Part shown: piece after piece, positions 61,001 to 63,854 of the stretch
Numbering within the stretch: the stretch's first letter is position 1
How the letters are laid out: the number at the start of each line of letters is the position of its first letter
DNA from: Malacoraja senta
Taxonomy: Eukaryota
DNA: 63,854 bases
NCBI GenBank assembly: GCA_038087875.1
Contig: JAXLNO010000086.1
Coordinates: 1 to 63,854, forward strand
Direction of reading: 5' to 3'
Made by a program: the position numbers and the translations under genes
The notes under the pieces: model-generated
Seen by the model: only the letters and a program-made list of their open reading frames with translations
Databases searched by the model: none
What the model was told of the DNA's origin: nothing

Positions 61001-63854
61001 CCTGATTTGTGGCGACCTTGCAGGATTTATGGCGACCTTGCCGGAAATATGGCGACCTTGCCTGATTTCTAGCGACCTTGGCGGATTTATGGCGACCTTG
61101 CCGAATTTGTGGCGACATTGCAGGAAATATGGCGACCTCGCCGGATTTATGGCGACCTTGCCGGATATATCGCGCCCTTGCCGGAAATATGGCGAACTCG
61201 CCGGATTTATGGCGCCCTTGCCGGAAATATGGCGACCTCGTCGGATTTATGGCGACCTCGCCGGATTTATGGCGACCTTGCCGGAAATGTGGCGACCTCG
61301 CCGGATTTATGGCGACCATGCCGGATTTATGGCGACCTTGCCCGAATTATGGCGACCTTGCCGGTTTTGTGGCGAACTTGCCGGATTTATGGCGACCTGG
61401 CCGGATTTGTGGCGACCTTGCCGGATTTATGGCGACCTTGCCGGATTTTTGGCGACCATGCCGGAAATATATAGACCTCGCGGGATTTATGGCGACCATG
61501 CCGGATTTGTGGCGGCCTTGCCGGAAATATGGCGACCTCGCCAGATTTATGGCGACCTTGCAGGATTTATGGCGACATTGCCGGAAATATGGCGACCTCA
61601 CCGGATTTATGGCGACCTTGACGCAAATATGGCGACCTCGCCGGATTTTTGGCGACCTTGCCGGATTTATGGCGACCTTGCCGGAAATATGGCGACCTTG
61701 AAGGATTTGTGGCGACCTTGCCGGATTTATGGCGACCTTGCCAGAAATAAGCGACCTTGCCGGGTTTGTGGCCACCTTGCCGGATATATGGCGACCATGC
61801 CGGAAATATGGCGACCTTGCCTGATTTCTGGCGACCTTGGCGGATTTATGGCGTCCTTGCCGAATTTGTGGCGACATTGCAGGAAATATGGCGACCTCGC
61901 CGGATTTATGGCGACCTTGCCGGATATATGGCGCCCTTGCCGGAAATATGGCGACCTCGCCGGATTTATGGCGTCCTTGCCGGAAATATGGCGACCTCGT
62001 CGAATTTATGGCGACCTCGCCGGATTTATGGCGACCTTGCCGGAAACATGGCGACCTCGCCGGATTTATGGCGGCCTCGCCGGATTTAGGACGACTTTGC
62101 CGGAAATGTGGCGACCTCGCCGGATTTATGGCGGCCATGCCGGATTTATGGCGACCTTGCCCGAATTATGGCGACCTTGCAGGTTTTGTGGCGAACTTGC
62201 CGGATTTATGGCGACCTTGCCGGGTTTGTGGCCACCTTGCCGGATATATGGCGACCTTGCCTGAAATATGGCGACCTTGTCTGAGTTCTGGCGACCTTGC
62301 GGATTTATGGCAACCTTGCCGAATTTGTGGCGACATTGCAGGAAATATGGCGACCTCGCCGGATTTATGGCGACCTTGCCGGATATATGGCGCCCTTGCC
62401 GGAAATATGGCGACCTCGCCGCATTTATGGCGTCCTTGCCGGAAATATGGCGACCTGGTCGGATTTATGGCGACCTCGACGGATTTATGGCGACCTTCCC
62501 GGAAATATGGCGACCTGGCCAGATTTATGGCGACCTTGCAGGATTTATGGCGACATTGCCGGAAATATGGCGACCTCGCCGGATTTATGGCGACCTTGAC
62601 GCAAATATGGCGACCTCGCCGGATTTTTGGCGACCTTGCCGGTTTTATGGCGTCCTTGCCGGAAATATGGCGACCTTGCCGGATTTGTGGCGACCTTGCC
62701 GGATTAATGGCGACCTTGCCGGAAACATGGCGAGCCGGATTTGTGACGACCTTGCCGGATTTATGGCGTCCTTGCCGGAAATAAGGCGACCTTGCCGGAT
62801 TTGTGGCCACCTTGCCGGATATATGGCGACCTTGCCGGAAATATGCCGATCTTGCCTTTCTGACGACCTTGGCGGATTTATGGCGACCTTGCCTAATTTG
62901 TGGCGACCTTGCCGGAAATAAGGCGACCTCGTCGGATTTATGGCGACCTTGCCGGATATATGGCGACCTTGCCGGAAATATGGCGACCTCGCCGGATTTA
63001 TGGCGTCCTTGCCGGAAATATGGCGACCTCGCCGGATTTATGGCGACCTTGCCGGAAATATGGCGACTTTGCCTGATTTGTGGCGACCTTGCAGGATTTA
63101 TGGCGACCTTGCCGGAAATATGGCGACCTTGCCGGATTTATGGCGACCTTGCCGGATTTATGGCGACCTTGCCGGAAATATGGCGACCTTGCCGGATTTG
63201 TGGCGACCTTGCCGGATTTATGGTGACATTGCCGGAAATATGGCGATCTTGCCGGATTTGTGGCGACCTAGCCGGATTTATGGCGACATTGCCGGATTTG
63301 TGGCGACCTTTGCCGGATCTATGGCCACCTTGCCGGATGTGTGGCGACCATGCCGGAAACATATAGACCTCGCGGCATTTATGGCGACCATGCCGGATTT
63401 GTGGCGACATTGCCGGAAATATGGCGACCTCGCCAGATTTATGGCGACCTTGCAGGATTTATGGCGACATTGCCGGAAATATGGCGACATCGCCCGATTT
63501 ATGGCGACCTTGACGGAAATATGGCGACCTCGCCGGATTTTTGGCGACCTTGCCGGTTTTATGGCGTCCTTGCCGGAAATATGGCGACCTTGCCGGATTT
63601 GTGGCGACCTTGCCGGATTTATGGCGACCTTGCCGGAAATAAGGCGACCTTGCCGGATTTGTGGCCACCTTGCCGGATATATGGCGACCTTGCCGGAAAT
63701 ATGGCGATCTTGCCTGTTTTCTGGCGACGGCGGATTTATGGCGACCTTGCCTAATTTGTGGCGACCTTGCCGGAAATATGGCGACCTCGTCGGATATATG
63801 GCGACCTTGCCGGATATATAGCGACCTTGCCGGAAATATGGCGACCTTGCCGGA
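55061..63854 (+). repeat. CpG-rich 20-bp satellite (GGCGACCTTGCCGGAWWTRT)n in three arrays: 55061-56950, 57577-59185, 59811-end
   Basis: Strict 20-bp period; unit ends alternate among AAATAT, ATTTGT and ATTTAT. Arrays are separated by ~625-bp decamer blocks. Confidence 0.96.

Noticed and set aside
55082..63821. Many long ORFs (up to 551 aa, MATLPEIWRPCRICGDLAGF repeats)
   Set aside because: By-product of a stop-poor 20-bp/60-bp repeat, open in several frames on both strands, with no gene context.
55061..63854. CRISPR array
   Set aside because: Contiguous repeats without unique spacers, no cas genes, and a eukaryotic TE context.

Overview
Gene-free, repeat-only vertebrate heterochromatin, probably from a cartilaginous fish (skate/ray). 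This is inferred from the V-SINEs, CR1 subfamilies and a Penelope-associated repeat. The matrix is a degenerate, telomere-like 10-bp satellite (GGGGTTTAGA / TCTAAACCCC) that switches strand three times and is organised in higher-order duplications. Inserted elements: CR1, L2 and Rex1/Babar LINE fragments; a truncated DIRS1-like retrotransposon with a Rex1 nested in it and a CORE-SINE nested in the Rex1; three L1-clade LINEs, two of them full length with TSDs (one has a single ORF2 nonsense codon); and a family of GC-rich non-coding retroelements with LINE-type tails. A ~3.7-kb ancient palindrome with a 16-bp-repeat core sits where the satellite flips from C-strand to G-strand. The last ~9 kb is a composite macrosatellite of decamer blocks and a CpG-rich 20-bp repeat. 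The best leads are covarying RNA hairpin modules in the long L1 ORF1-ORF2 spacers, the palindrome/strand-switch architecture, and the modular non-autonomous retroelement family. Family assignments come from motif recognition, not database searches, and boundaries without TSDs are approximate.
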